A DNA stretch of 62,440 nt, counting the filler, from Gonapodya sp. JEL0774 (Eukaryota), in NCBI GenBank assembly GCA_027604505.1. It is 17 parts of 17 records of this genome, joined end to end, with 100 filler letters (N's around TTAATTAATTAA, not from the genome) between each part and the next. Parts side by side here need not be neighbours in the genome. Positions count along the whole stretch, not along the records: positions 1 to 3,602 come from JADIIX010001230.1; positions 3,703 to 7,297 come from JADIIX010001231.1; positions 7,398 to 10,991 come from JADIIX010001232.1; positions 11,092 to 14,681 come from JADIIX010001233.1; 13 more parts are not named here. One strand, given 5' to 3'. Below are positions 1 to 12,395 of this stretch, one piece after another (position 1 is the first letter of the stretch; each line of letters begins with the position of its first letter). The notes beneath the pieces were generated by a model, which was not told the origin of the DNA, did not search any database, and worked only from the letters and a program-made list of their open reading frames with translations. Position numbers and translations under genes: made by a program.

Positions 1-3000
1 GTGAAAGAGGCTGGGGAGTTGACCCGGAGCCGTTACGTCACCAAACAGTTTCTCCACTACATTGTCAATCATATGCCATGACTTGGAGCAAACGCCATGC
101 ACAAAAACTTGACTGGTGAGCTTTCCTTTTGGTGTGTATACAGTTCGTAAAATTTGACTCTTAAATCTCGCATGTTGCTGCCAACACCATCTTAGAGGCT
201 AGGGTGCGGGACTTCCACCACGACAACCACCAGCTTCTTCTCCGCTATCAGAAAGACAAGGCCAGTCACAGTAATAGTATCGTGTCATTTTTTCCTGCCA
301 TGCAGGTTTGTGCAATTGTGACATGAAGTGAGCATGTTGCCGCACGCAACTCATTCCTTTGCACTATAAGAACAATCTGTAACACCTAAGAACGATCCTT
401 CCAAGCTCCTTTATACGCAACTGACTCTCATGGGATCCATCAATGATCCTAAAGGGTGAGTCTTACGATTAAGATTTTTATCGCATTCACCCCTGCTGAA
501 CAAGGATTGTCGCACTCATGAAGGTACAATGCTCGCATACCATCAGCAGTATTCATGCGAACATTGTTCTATCACTATGTTCTCTATGAAGAGCTGGTTC
601 AATACAATAAGTTATGGACAATGTTGCCATGTAAGTAGGACTATTCACTATCGCAACAAGGCATGTACCTCTTGCTAAATCCCGAATTGGTAGTTCAAGT
701 TGGCCGACACAACCACCACCACAAAGTCACTAAAACTATACTCCGGCTTGTTTCCCCCTCGTAAAACGTGGAAGACGGACCAACGGGTAAAACAAAGGAG
801 CGTGTGCACGCCCGCCGGGTTGGTGTTTTTTGTCACCGAGTTTGATGAGATTGTGGCTTGGGTAAGTGGCAAACTTCAAAGCAGTAATCTTGACCTATGT
901 GCTTCACCCCGCGCACAATCTTTGATTTAAGAAATTTGTTCTGGACCTCTCTCAAGAGTCACTCGCACCATTGTTTGAGGACCTAAGAGAGACTCAAGGG
1001 GAACTCCTCCAATCCAATATCAAGCACTGGTTTACTGACCATTGTTGTCAGGATCGGCAAATGATTCATCGAGAGGTGTCCCCAAACATTCCCGTTCACC
1101 TCGACCTTTGGCATATTTTTTTCCGGTAAGATTACTCTCTATCATTTACTTGCAGCAATTTCTCTATTATAATCGCTTCCAATTGTGCATTTCTCACTCT
1201 AGTTTTGAAGACGCATTGCCGAAAGGTCATCCTGCAAGGGATACGTTCTCGAAGGACTTGCGAGCAGTGGTGACCTTCAAACAATATCATAGCAAGGTAA
1301 AGGCCAATTTTCGTGCTGCTTGTTTGTTTTTCTAAAGTTTTTGATGTTATAGATCCAATGTAGCTACTTCTATCCACCTGATAAGATGGCTGTGCACCTT
1401 GAAGAGCTCATGACCAGGTACTGAACCTTCGACAACCCTCCGCTCATCCCCCCAAGTGTCAAAAATTGTTACCAGGAGCAACTCAAGCATGTGCGCAGAG
1501 GATGTTTGAGCTACAACGGTCCTTCAACCGTCCGGAATTGCCGTGGGGAGGAGATCTCAGTACAAGGCACGCGCGAAGGAGTTCACTTCCAAGTTAACAG
1601 GGAAGCTGGGACAGGATCCTCCTCAGCAACTTGGAGTGAAACATTGGGTTGGGCGTTGACGCAGCATTTTGTTTATCGATACACATTTCAGAAGGTAAGT
1701 TGAACTCTTCATGCAAATTCTTTATTCAGGTAACAACGGCTAACTTTCCTTCAGGCCCTAAAACATCGTGGAGGGCCTCTTCTCGAATCGATAGGTCTTT
1801 GTGCCAGCGAGTTCTCCTTCATGGAAGAATTTACTGAACTTGGCCGAAAAGTTTTCCTGGACTCAAACCGATTCCAATCACCAGATATCTCTTACCCCAC
1901 CCAACCTACTTTCCACCGTCCCACAACTCCACCCCATCGCCTATTTCATCAAGTTCCAGAGCTGCAAAAACCCGCCCCCGAGCATAGTTCAAGAACACGG
2001 GGGTCACTAGGCTTCGCATCAGCTCGAACCCAAGGTTCTCCAAAACCAACATCTGCCCGGACAGTCCATCACAGCATTCGCCAAGATGGACCATGGCCAC
2101 CACCAATGTTCTCTCCCGTTTGCAGAAATCCGAATCCGCCGTCCTCTCTGAGTGGGCCTGTTTTCAAGCGGTCACAGCCATATTCATCAAGCTCTCCAAG
2201 CCCAAGTTCGAAACGCCCTCGACTTGAATTCGGAAAGGATGCTACGCCGGCGCCACAATTTCAGCATTCTCCACGTCCTGTGACAGTGGTTTCTGTCCCC
2301 GTCTCCTCTCGAGCCTCTCGGCAACCGGTGGTCCACCTTCGGCCAACAGTCTACCCTCTCTCACCAGATGCAGAAGATTGTCCAATCATAATTGGTGATG
2401 ACAGGGATATCTGTGAGTGCAAGCCGTCAAAGTTCATGCTGCAGTACCGTAAACGCAATCTCCTGTCTTTACTGGAAAGTTTTGCAACAGGCTGAGCTGT
2501 CCCGAAGCAACTTCTGTGAGTACTATTGATGTTAAGCAGTTAACATTGCTAATTCTGTCTCTTTATTTGTAACTAGTGGCACCTTCCCCTCCCCAAGTCC
2601 GGCAAATGCAGTTACAGTGTCAACATCCGCTGCTCTCTCCACTACTAACACTGATTTTTTTGCAGCTGTCAATTCTGCATTGAGTCTCTCGGTTAGCCGA
2701 CCACCAACCATGTCAACAACCTCACTGTTGGCACCTCTCCCCTCCCCCCTGTCGCTCTCAGGACTCAGAGGCTTGAATCGACACCAGAATATAGTGAGTG
2801 AAACGCGGGTTTTTGAGCAACTACAGGAAGTTTGTGTGAATACTAATTGAACTCCCGGCATTGACATGACAGGGCCCAACCATCAAACCAGAAGCAACAG
2901 TCAATTCGACTCACCCAATTCTTGTACCCCGGAGGTTGCTCCCACGTGGAGAGCTCCCTTCTGCCCTGCCTTTGGTCGCAAGTCCAAGGACTACATCACC

Positions 3001-3045
3001 ACTGACTGCCTCCAAGAAACCCAGAACATGCCGGCGATGTCGTGA
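1..3045 (+). mobile_element. Intron-containing DDE transposase-like gene (MULE/Kolobok-type DxxH clan), probably a pseudogene, 5'-truncated
   Basis: Spliced reading gives ADTT..K (about 703), GLVFFVTEFDEIVAW, WFTDHCCQDR (D at 1037), VHLDLWH (DxxH, 1103), LPKGHPARDTFSKDLRAV and HVRRGCLS...GTREGVHFQVNR (E at 1575), then a Pro/Ser-rich tail. In-frame TGA near 79 and 2493. Confidence 0.6.
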
Positions 3046-3103
3046 CAGGAAAGGAGCAGTGCATGTGAACTACGTGTGTGAGGATGGGATAAGACAGGGG
3101 GAT

Positions 3104-3380
3104 TGTTGAGTGGTTACAATTCACTTATTCGAACACACCGTACAGAGAAAGCTTAATCTACTTTATCCGACGACCATAACACCGTCCTCCAATGTGTGCA
3201 CCAAGTTACTCCACGTTCCCTAGTGTAGCTCACTAACCAATAACGCTAGAACAAAACTGTAAAGGACAAACTTGTAGAGCATTTTACGGCAAGTAATTTT
3301 ACTCCATTAAATATCCCCGAATTCCAACTCCCTGTGGCGCTAGAGCCGTCCGAAATGTCAAAACCTCCCATATCTCAACA
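3104..3380. mobile_element. Solo LTR (277 bp) with 5-bp target-site duplication
   Basis: Begins TGTTGAG and ends CTCAACA (TG...CA, 7-bp terminal inverted repeat). GGGAT flanks both sides (3099-3103 and 3381-3385). Confidence 0.85.
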
Positions 3381-3489
3381 GGGATGAACAGTTTAAGTAT
3401 GGTGAGAAGCTGAACCGGGACCGGACTTTGGACTTGGGGTGGCTCCGGAATGTGTATGCCGTGATTCTTTTACGTGAGATGTGGACCAT

Positions 3490-3602
3490 TGGATGTGAAG
3501 TCTTGGATGATACCATTGGTGACAAAATAATTTGTATACACTGGATTTGGACTCCGGAGATGATTTGGGGAAGTGGTTGGATGAGTCATCACTGTGGCCT
3601 GT
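3490..3602 (+). mobile_element. Ty1/copia GAG-pre-integrase fragment
   Basis: Reads QNNLYTLDLDSGDDLGKWLDESSLWP. It is a near-identical reverse complement of 3736-3845 and 4645-4760, where it continues VWHSR..HIN (GAG-pre-integrase LWHxRxGH-like motif). Confidence 0.6.
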
Positions 3603-3702
3603 NNNNNNNNNNNNNNNNNNNNNNNNNNNNNNNNNNNNNNNNNNNNTTAATTAATTAANNNNNNNNNNNNNNNNNNNNNNNNNNNNNNNNNNNNNNNNNN
3701 NN
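3603..3702. other. Artificial contig linker (first of 16)
   Basis: 44 N + TTAATTAATTAA (stops in six frames) + 44 N. Identical 100-bp spacers also start at 7298, 10992, 14682, 18368, 22054, 25739, 29419, 33095, 36771, 40447, 44120, 47788, 51456, 55123 and 58783. Contig lengths fall from 3602 to 3558 bp, so adjacency across spacers has no biological meaning. Confidence 0.99.
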
Positions 3703-4760
3703 TGTTTATATGTACTTTGACCTGCTGTGCCACAGAGGCCACAGTGATGACTCATCCAACCACTTCCCCAAATCATCTCGCGACTCCAAATCCAGTGCAT
3801 ACAAATAATTGTGTCACCAATGGTATATCACCCAAGACTTCACAGGATTCTCATGTGCAAATCTCTGCAAAGCTTGAGTCATAGTACCCATGTAGGCCAT
3901 TGTTGATGTGCTTTGCTTGGGTATCGTACTTTCTGAGATATGTTATTCCAACATCTGGTGGCCCTGCAAGGTATCGAAGTGACCTCATAAGAGCAGCCCA
4001 ATGAGCCTGACTGGGATTGTGTAATGCTTTGGAAAGGACTTTGACAACAGCACAGATGTCTGGATGTGTCATTGTCATTATGTGCATGACAAGACCCACG
4101 AGACTTTGATATCGTTTAGTATCGATACCCGTTTTCTCTTCTGCGGTCTTGGGACAGTCTGCCTGTGATAACTTTGTGCCTGGTTGCATTGGGGTACTCA
4201 GAGGCTGGCAGTCTATCATACTAGAGTCTTCAAGAAGCTTCATCACTTTTCTCCTGTGGTTGATTTTGATAGTGCATGTTACAGGATCTTGAACAACTTC
4301 CACACCAAGCCATATATATGCCAAGGTCTCCCCTTTTGCTTTTAAGATGGGAAGCTAACTCTGCTCCAAAGTCATCCAAGTGCTTCTGTAGAGGAGAGAT
4401 TGTCAGAAGGTCATCAACATGTCCACCTAAAATAATCTTGAGTTCTGTGTCACCAATCATTTTAACAAACACCCCATGGTCAGTTTGCAACTGCTTAAAG
4501 CCCATTCAATTTATGAGAATATCACTGAGAAATTTGAACCACATGTTTGCTGCCTGCTTCATGTTGGAACTCCAAACTTGTCTTTCCTCACACACAACAC
4601 ACACTAGATGGGAAAATGGGCTGTTTATATGTCCTTTCTGCTGTGCCACACAGGCCACAGTGATGACTCATCCAACCACTTCCCAATCATCTCTGGAGTC
4701 CAAATACAACGCATACAAATTATTGTGTCATCAATGGTATATCACCCAAGACTTCACAGA
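3703..4760 (-). mobile_element. Rearranged, degenerate Ty1/copia pol fragments (pre-integrase, RT, pre-integrase)
   Basis: KQAANMWFKFLS, GFKQLQTDHGVF, GGHVDDLL, PLSTPMQPG, YQSLVG...THPDI, HWAALMRSLRYLAG and GYYDSSFA are copia RT motifs. Frameshifts and stops are present. Confidence 0.9.
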
Positions 4761-6125
4761 TCATTGGGAATGCGTAGGTGGATCTCAGTGTGACCTGTGT
4801 CCAGAGGACCTGCTGGATGCAGACATTGACGATGGGGACAGCTGTGGCAACAACACGGAGAACCTGTTCCCAAAGTTTTGGATGTGGTAGTGAGTGCAGG
4901 TGATCTTCTATCGCACCGATTCAGACACCTGGGAGGATCATGTGCACAAATTGATCATAACTGGGAGGGCCGGGTACCTGGGGTCTGCATCAAGGCATTC
5001 CTTGGACCAGTGTGTTTATCTGGTAAATGATCTCTGTGGTGTCTGGGTTGCTTGCACACAGGAGGTGGGTGGGGGCAGGGTCCTCAGCAGGTATCCCTTG
5101 TGGGACAGAGGCAATCACAGGGGCAGGTGGTAGAGGGGCGGTTGCTGGCTGGTCCCTAGCCAGGGCAGGCTGGGGAGGTGGTGTGGGGGGGTGGGGGTGG
5201 CAGAGGTAGCAGACTGGGGGGCAGGGAGCGGTTATGTACATTCGCAGGTGGCGGCTCCAACCAGTTGCAAGGGCCTCTCCTTCTCGTGGTCCCCTCTGTG
5301 CACTCTTGCAAGGGGGGCTGGTGATCTCGCGTATCAGCAGCTACAGCCAGTATCTTCCCTTGAGGGTGACTGGTCTCTCCTCCAGAACAGATCTTTGACC
5401 TCTGCTCATGTCGTTACTTCTCCCCGCAAATCCTGGCCTCACCCCAAGAACAATGAGCTTTGCCCTAAAAACAACAATTTTTCCAGAGCTCCAGATGGGG
5501 TGTATGCACCAGTGTATCCAGTTGTGTTTCTGTACCCTCTGTATCCTGTCCATGCTCCTGTCCCCATGCCTTGCATGGGGGTGGCAAGAGGTAACTATGT
5601 CCTGAGGGGGGTACCCTCATTCCCGGTTATATCCTGTATACCGGCCCCAGGCAGGTGGGGGGCATCCAGGCTTGGGTGGTTGTGACAGGCAGGCCCATAT
5701 ACGCTCGTGCCAACAGTGGTTCCCAGCCTGCAGGGCGTGGGGGTGGGGGTTGGTGGGGCAGTAGCGTAAGAACCTGGGGTGCTCCCAGTGGTCCCACAGG
5801 GGCTACTGGCTGCAGCTAGGCTTGTTGGCGTTGACCAGGATTGGGTTGTGGGGGGTTTGCAGCTTCGGAGACCCAGTATGGCCCTGACAGACCTTGACGC
5901 CATGTGCCTTGTCCAGACATGACTGCATGGGGGGAGAGGAGAGAGGCTGGGGCCAGAAATATGATGTAAATATGTAGAGAAGGGGTTTACACCTTCGAAC
6001 TGGTGTGTTTGGGGCGAGGGAGCTGTTCGCATGTGTGGGGCTGGATTCTCAATAGCAAAGGTCAGCACAATAGGTAGTGCTGTGTCCAGGGACTTGACTG
6101 CTTTATGACTTCAGATTATGGCTCT

Positions 6126-7297
6126 CTAGGTATTCTGATCCGCGTTTTGGTGCTTTTTCCCAGGTTGTGTGCTGGAGTATAAATCCACATCTTTCACAGA
6201 ACCTCTCAAAATGCAAAGCTGAAAGGTATTCTTCTTTGGAGTTAGTCCTGCTTTAAGATCTTCGTTGGCGAGATGACCTTCATGGTACTCCATGGTGACA
6301 TCAGGAGTTTCAAACGGCTGCGTGTACTCTCTAACAACAGATTTTCCTTTTACATCTACTTTCTGATCCTCCTTGAACATAAATTGAAGACTGTTAGAAT
6401 GCAATCACACAAAAGATCTCAATCCAAGCATTTCAACCACCTTACTGAAGGTTACTGATTTTGCTTTCTTCTTAACATCAGCTTTAGATTTAGAAGACGA
6501 ACCATTGTCAGGTTTGTCATAATCTTCCTCAACCTCAACCACTTCAGGGACATCATCAATATTCTGTTCTGATGGAGATAGAGGTGCAGTAGCCTGCTGA
6601 GGGACAGGCTTAGCTTTAAACTCTCGTAACACTTTCTGAATATTTGTTACAGCAGTTTTGACATGATCATATTCCCCTAACAAGGATAATATGAGTCACA
6701 GCTATTTGAACATTAAAACAAATACCTACCACTGTTGATTGCATTCTTAACAGCTGCTTTGTTCTCTGCAGACACATAATTGTACTTTCGGTCATCCACT
6801 TCTGCTAGCATTTTGAAGCGATTGCTGTGCTTTGTGGCACATGCAAGCATTTTTTCAGCAGACATTTTAGTGCTTGTCTCTAGAGCTTCTTCTAATGCTG
6901 CAAACTGTATTGAAATGGTTTGGATGTATGAAATATGGACTTGTATCTTTGAGCCAAACATACCACAGCACTCTTGTCCTTAACTGGGAGCAAGCTAGAT
7001 AGATTGGTGATATTGAATATAACACCATCTCTTCCATGCTTATCGAAATCCCTCTTCACATAAGGAAGAACCTGTGTGAATACATTTCATTAATGTGCTT
7101 TCCCTCAACCCATTGTTTGACCTACACCAAGTTTCAATGTGTTTTCATAGTGGTTCAAAGTGGAACCTTTCATCTCTGTGTCATAACCTTTCTGTCCAAG
7201 AAACACTGCTTTGTGACTAGTGCTCATATTAGGGTTAATCTTTTCAATTTCCTGCAATATGATTTGAAGGTTCCATAATTTGTCATAAAAAGTTGAT
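6126..7297 (-). pseudogene. AT-rich, CpG-poor fragmented coding sequence of unknown family
   Basis: Consecutive protein-like ORF pieces (6713-6961, 6405-6683, 6126-6404) are separated by stops or frameshifts. No recognisable motif. Confidence 0.35.
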
Positions 7298-8604
7298 NNN
7301 NNNNNNNNNNNNNNNNNNNNNNNNNNNNNNNNNNNNNNNNNTTAATTAATTAANNNNNNNNNNNNNNNNNNNNNNNNNNNNNNNNNNNNNNNNNNNNTAG
7401 GAGAAGCGCACAGTGATACCGAGCGGCTTCCTTTTTGACAGGAGGCCCATTTCGCGGCCATCTTTACAGTTCTGTGACTCTGAATATAACGTACCTATCA
7501 AATATAAACGTGGGATCCCTTCAGCAGCGAAGAGAGTGAGAGGTTTGGTATGTACCGATGGACTTAACACTGACTCGACAAAAGAGACTTCAAAGCAGAC
7601 CAGAGATTTGAGCTGCAAGCTCCTGGGCTATTTAGCTTGGCATCAATCAATATTGTTACACAAACTTGGTTTTTGGGAGTAGTGTCTGAAAATAGCTGAC
7701 AGTCTTGGAGTTCGCAGTCAGAATGGTGGCGTGAATACGAGGAAAATGGGAAAGTTAACAAGACAGGGCTCAGTTATTGCCACTATAGAAGAGTGGATTG
7801 TGTGCTACAATCGATGACGAGGAGGAAGACGTGTGTCCGCTTGGAAAACTTTGAGTCATGGGGATAAGGAAAAGATGAACCGGCGACCTTGGAAAGATTA
7901 GCTGGAAAATGATTAACATGACGGAGTGAGGCTGAGTGTGGAGTTACGGTTTCGAAGGTTCGCCGTGCGAATATGTGTTGACGCGGCACTAATGACCCCC
8001 ACTGCACATTCTTTGTAAGACGACCTCAAAGAATTCCGGATTAAAGCAAAAGAGACAATTGCTAGCTTCTTTCTCTCGGTGTGACGGGTGAGCGTGCTGT
8101 TTTTCACCGTGTGTGTCGGACACGTGAAGTCCGCCCGCCAGGCCCAAGTGGTTGGATCCATTCTCTGTATACCCTGCAAAAGACAAGGCAATTTATCTTC
8201 CCCTCTTCCTTTCTAAAGCAAAACTCACATTTGACTTTGAAGGCTGCGACTACGACATGATGAAGCAGATTGTTGGAACAAATTGTGCATCCTTTCACAC
8301 ACTCTATTAAGGCCATGCAGCTGATAGTGCTCCCCACAAACCAACAACCGGGAGAAAACCTTGCGGATACGTTGGTTATGTATCTTAACGCTTAATTCGA
8401 AAATGAGCAGCTGGAGGAGCTATTCTTCCCGTCTTCATCGGGACAGAATGTGGAATTAGCGGTATGTGCCTGATGAGATTACAGTAAACATGGGAGCTAC
8501 ATGCTATCCAGGAGAGGATCAAAAATATATCGACCATTTGTGATCAAAGATGCGGGTTGAACCAAGATATACCCCCTACCCGAACTGCCACCGGCAAATC
8601 TGCC

Positions 8605-9612
8605 ATGGACAGAAACGAAGTGAGCCAGGGTCTGCTAAGCAATGCGGAACCCATTTCTGGCCACACGAACATTGAGTGCGTGGCCGGGAAGACAGTGATT
8701 GTTGATCTGTCCGGTTCACAACTGGTGCCATCGTTTGTTCTCGTTTCACAGCATCCCAGGGGGAAATGCAAATATCCAAGGACGGATACAGGGTTTGGGT
8801 GGAAATGCAGCAGCAGCTGGTGCGGAACAGCAGAATATCTTTCAGCAGAGTTCGTGAGTGATGAACAGCATTGTGCGACTGGTCCGCTCTGGCTCAAAGA
8901 ACCGCCACCTCAGGAATCCTACCATCCTCTTCTTCCATCTCCTCTTCCGCACTCTCGCAATAATCATATACTTTGTCTTCGGGAGCATCCTCAACTCCTT
9001 TGTTCTCGTGTTCGTCCTCACAGTCCTCGCGCTCTCCTTCGATTTTTGGACGGTGAAGAACGTGTCGGGACGGTTTTTGGTAGGACTAAGGTGGTGGAAT
9101 GAAACTGCAGAGGATGGATCCACTCGTTGGACGTTTGAAGCCAAACAGGTGTGGGAGGAGAGATGCCTGTCGAGGAATGAAGCCGACGACTCACTCCGCA
9201 ACGCTTCTCCAGGACCGCGCCGTCAACCCCGTGGATAGTCGAGTATTTTGGACTTCCCTCTACATCTACCCTCTCGTCTGGGTTGCGTTCGCTATCCTAG
9301 CGCTGTTCAGTCTCAAAGTGGGCTGGTTACTGCTCTGCTGTGTCGCGTTAGCTCTCAACATAACCAACGTCTTGGGGTAAGTACGCTCCGTTTTGGTAGC
9401 TTCGCCTACTGTCACTGAATGAACGTTGATGAAGGTACCGAAATTGCGACAAAGACGCAAACGCACGGCTTGCCGGTTACCTCACGGACCAGGCTGCTGG
9501 GAGTGGGCTGTTATCTAGTTTAGCCTCAAATCTCATCTCCAATCGATTTGCATCGTTTATGGGTAGTTCGGCAACTGCAGGTGCGACAGGTGGATCGACT
9601 ATGAGAGTATGA
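8605..9612 (+). CDS. TVP23: Golgi membrane protein TVP23 (spliced, 5 exons)
   Basis: NIFQQSS-NPTILFFHLLFR, FDFWTVKNVSGRFLVGLRWWNE, VNPVDSRVFW and GYRNCDKDA. ATG at 8605, TGA at 9610-9612. Confidence 0.92.
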
Positions 9613-9815
9613 AGGTTTGGTCATGGAACACCGATTGTAGCATACACAATTTATTCGCACCAATTGACATTACGTATTTTATCTGGGATGTGGTACGAAC
9701 GTAACTCTCCTCGAGCCAGAACGTCCCTGCTCGGAGGCAGCAACGGGAATGTTAAGGTTCAAAGACGCTATATGTGCGGTAACTGAAGATACAAAATCTG
9801 TCCATTTACATCAAT

Positions 9816-10965
<1,150 letters not shown>

Positions 10966-11091
10966 GTGTCGGGAAAGCATGTGAAATGGTTNNNNNNNNN
11001 NNNNNNNNNNNNNNNNNNNNNNNNNNNNNNNNNNNTTAATTAATTAANNNNNNNNNNNNNNNNNNNNNNNNNNNNNNNNNNNNNNNNNNNN

Positions 11092-11740
11092 TGAGCGATA
11101 TGGGAAGACCATGGAAAGGTCCTATGGATACAAGAATGAAGCGGGAGAATAGTTCGAATTCAGATGATGTGGAATTCGTCATAGGAGACTTCATAGGAGA
11201 CATCAGGTAACAGGTTGAACGGACCCTTTGTCTTGCCAGTTGTTTTGAAGTACTCATCCAGTTCAGCGGCGCGAGCAAGAGCCACGTCGAAAAACATCTA
11301 TTACCGAAAGAGCAGGTGTTTACGGGGTTTCTGTGATCCCACAGGCTGAAGATAGGATGGAACCGAATATATGACGCACCTCGGTGAGACAGTTCGTGAG
11401 CTGTTGCGCAAGCGCAGCACGGTGACATATTGCCTTGGTGACCTCTACAGACGTGATTGCGCCAGAGGCAAGTTGCTAGCGTGTGGGGTAGAGTACGTTC
11501 GCACCACCGGTTCACTTAAGCAAGCTGTTTCTCCGTGAAGCGTACCTTTACGGCCTCAGAAGCAGTCCATCCAGTGATCTCCTTCTCCTGTTCACTGAGC
11601 TTGGACTCGATGAAGGGAATGACACCAAATTGTCCAGGTGTAGACAGTTCGCTCTCGGAGAGTCTCCACTCGACTGGTATGCCAGCATCTCGCTTTGCGC
11701 GAACAAAAGCAACACTTGGGTCAAGATTTTCAACGGTCAT
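11092..11740 (-). CDS. Amidase-signature family enzyme (acetamidase-like), 5' part
   Basis: ATG at 11740. RAALAQQLTNCLTE, LDEYFKTTGK and GPFHGLPISL at the contig edge. Confidence 0.85.
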
Positions 11741-12395
11741 TATTGTCGATTCTACGGTATGTGGATGGTGGAAAGTCGGCCAGAAGAACGTGACACCAGA
11801 TGAAAAGCACGAGGATAGGAGAATATATGGACCGTGGCTGCCAAACTGGGGGACGCTTCCGCATCTTCTTAAAGGCAGGTTCTAATCTCCCGGCTTCGGG
11901 CCGCCAACCGGAAGTCCTGTGAAGGAGTGCTTATCGATTGACCGCCTGCCGAACGTCCTTGCACTGATCATAAATCACAGAGCACAATGGACATCCGGCG
12001 ACAAGATTTCTCTAGAACATTGTTGGATTTCAGTGCGGGATTGGTTAATGTGTGGGTGACATAGAAGGTTCAGCATGTTTGTGTGGCCAGGGACACAAGG
12101 AGCGGAGGGACAACTGGCCCCTCCAGCCACCAACAACAAACTAACTTTGATAAAGTGCGGTATTTGTGTCGCATTCGCGAGCTCGCTTGCTCTTGAGACA
12201 AATGCTTCTCGTAGAGTTCAAAAAACAGAGAGCATCTCTCTAACTACGGATAGACTCAGACGAAGAAACGTGAACCACAGAATTATTGGCACATAGTAGG
12301 CTTCTTGTGGTGTTACAATGTTGGTTGTGCCGGTGAAATAGTGGCTGTGGTCCCCATCCGAACCCGACCGCTTGGAACTATGCCCATCGAATGCC

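Noticed and set aside
3490..3845. Apparent large inverted repeat or hairpin centred on the first gap
   Set aside because: The two arms are on different contigs joined arbitrarily. They are dispersed copies of one copia fragment.
4870..6070. GC-rich Pro-rich segment between TE fragments as a possible gag gene
   Set aside because: No zinc knuckle or capsid motif could be read in any frame.
7398..8340. Minus-strand exon-like fragments upstream of TVP23
   Set aside because: No recognisable motif and no reliable gene model.
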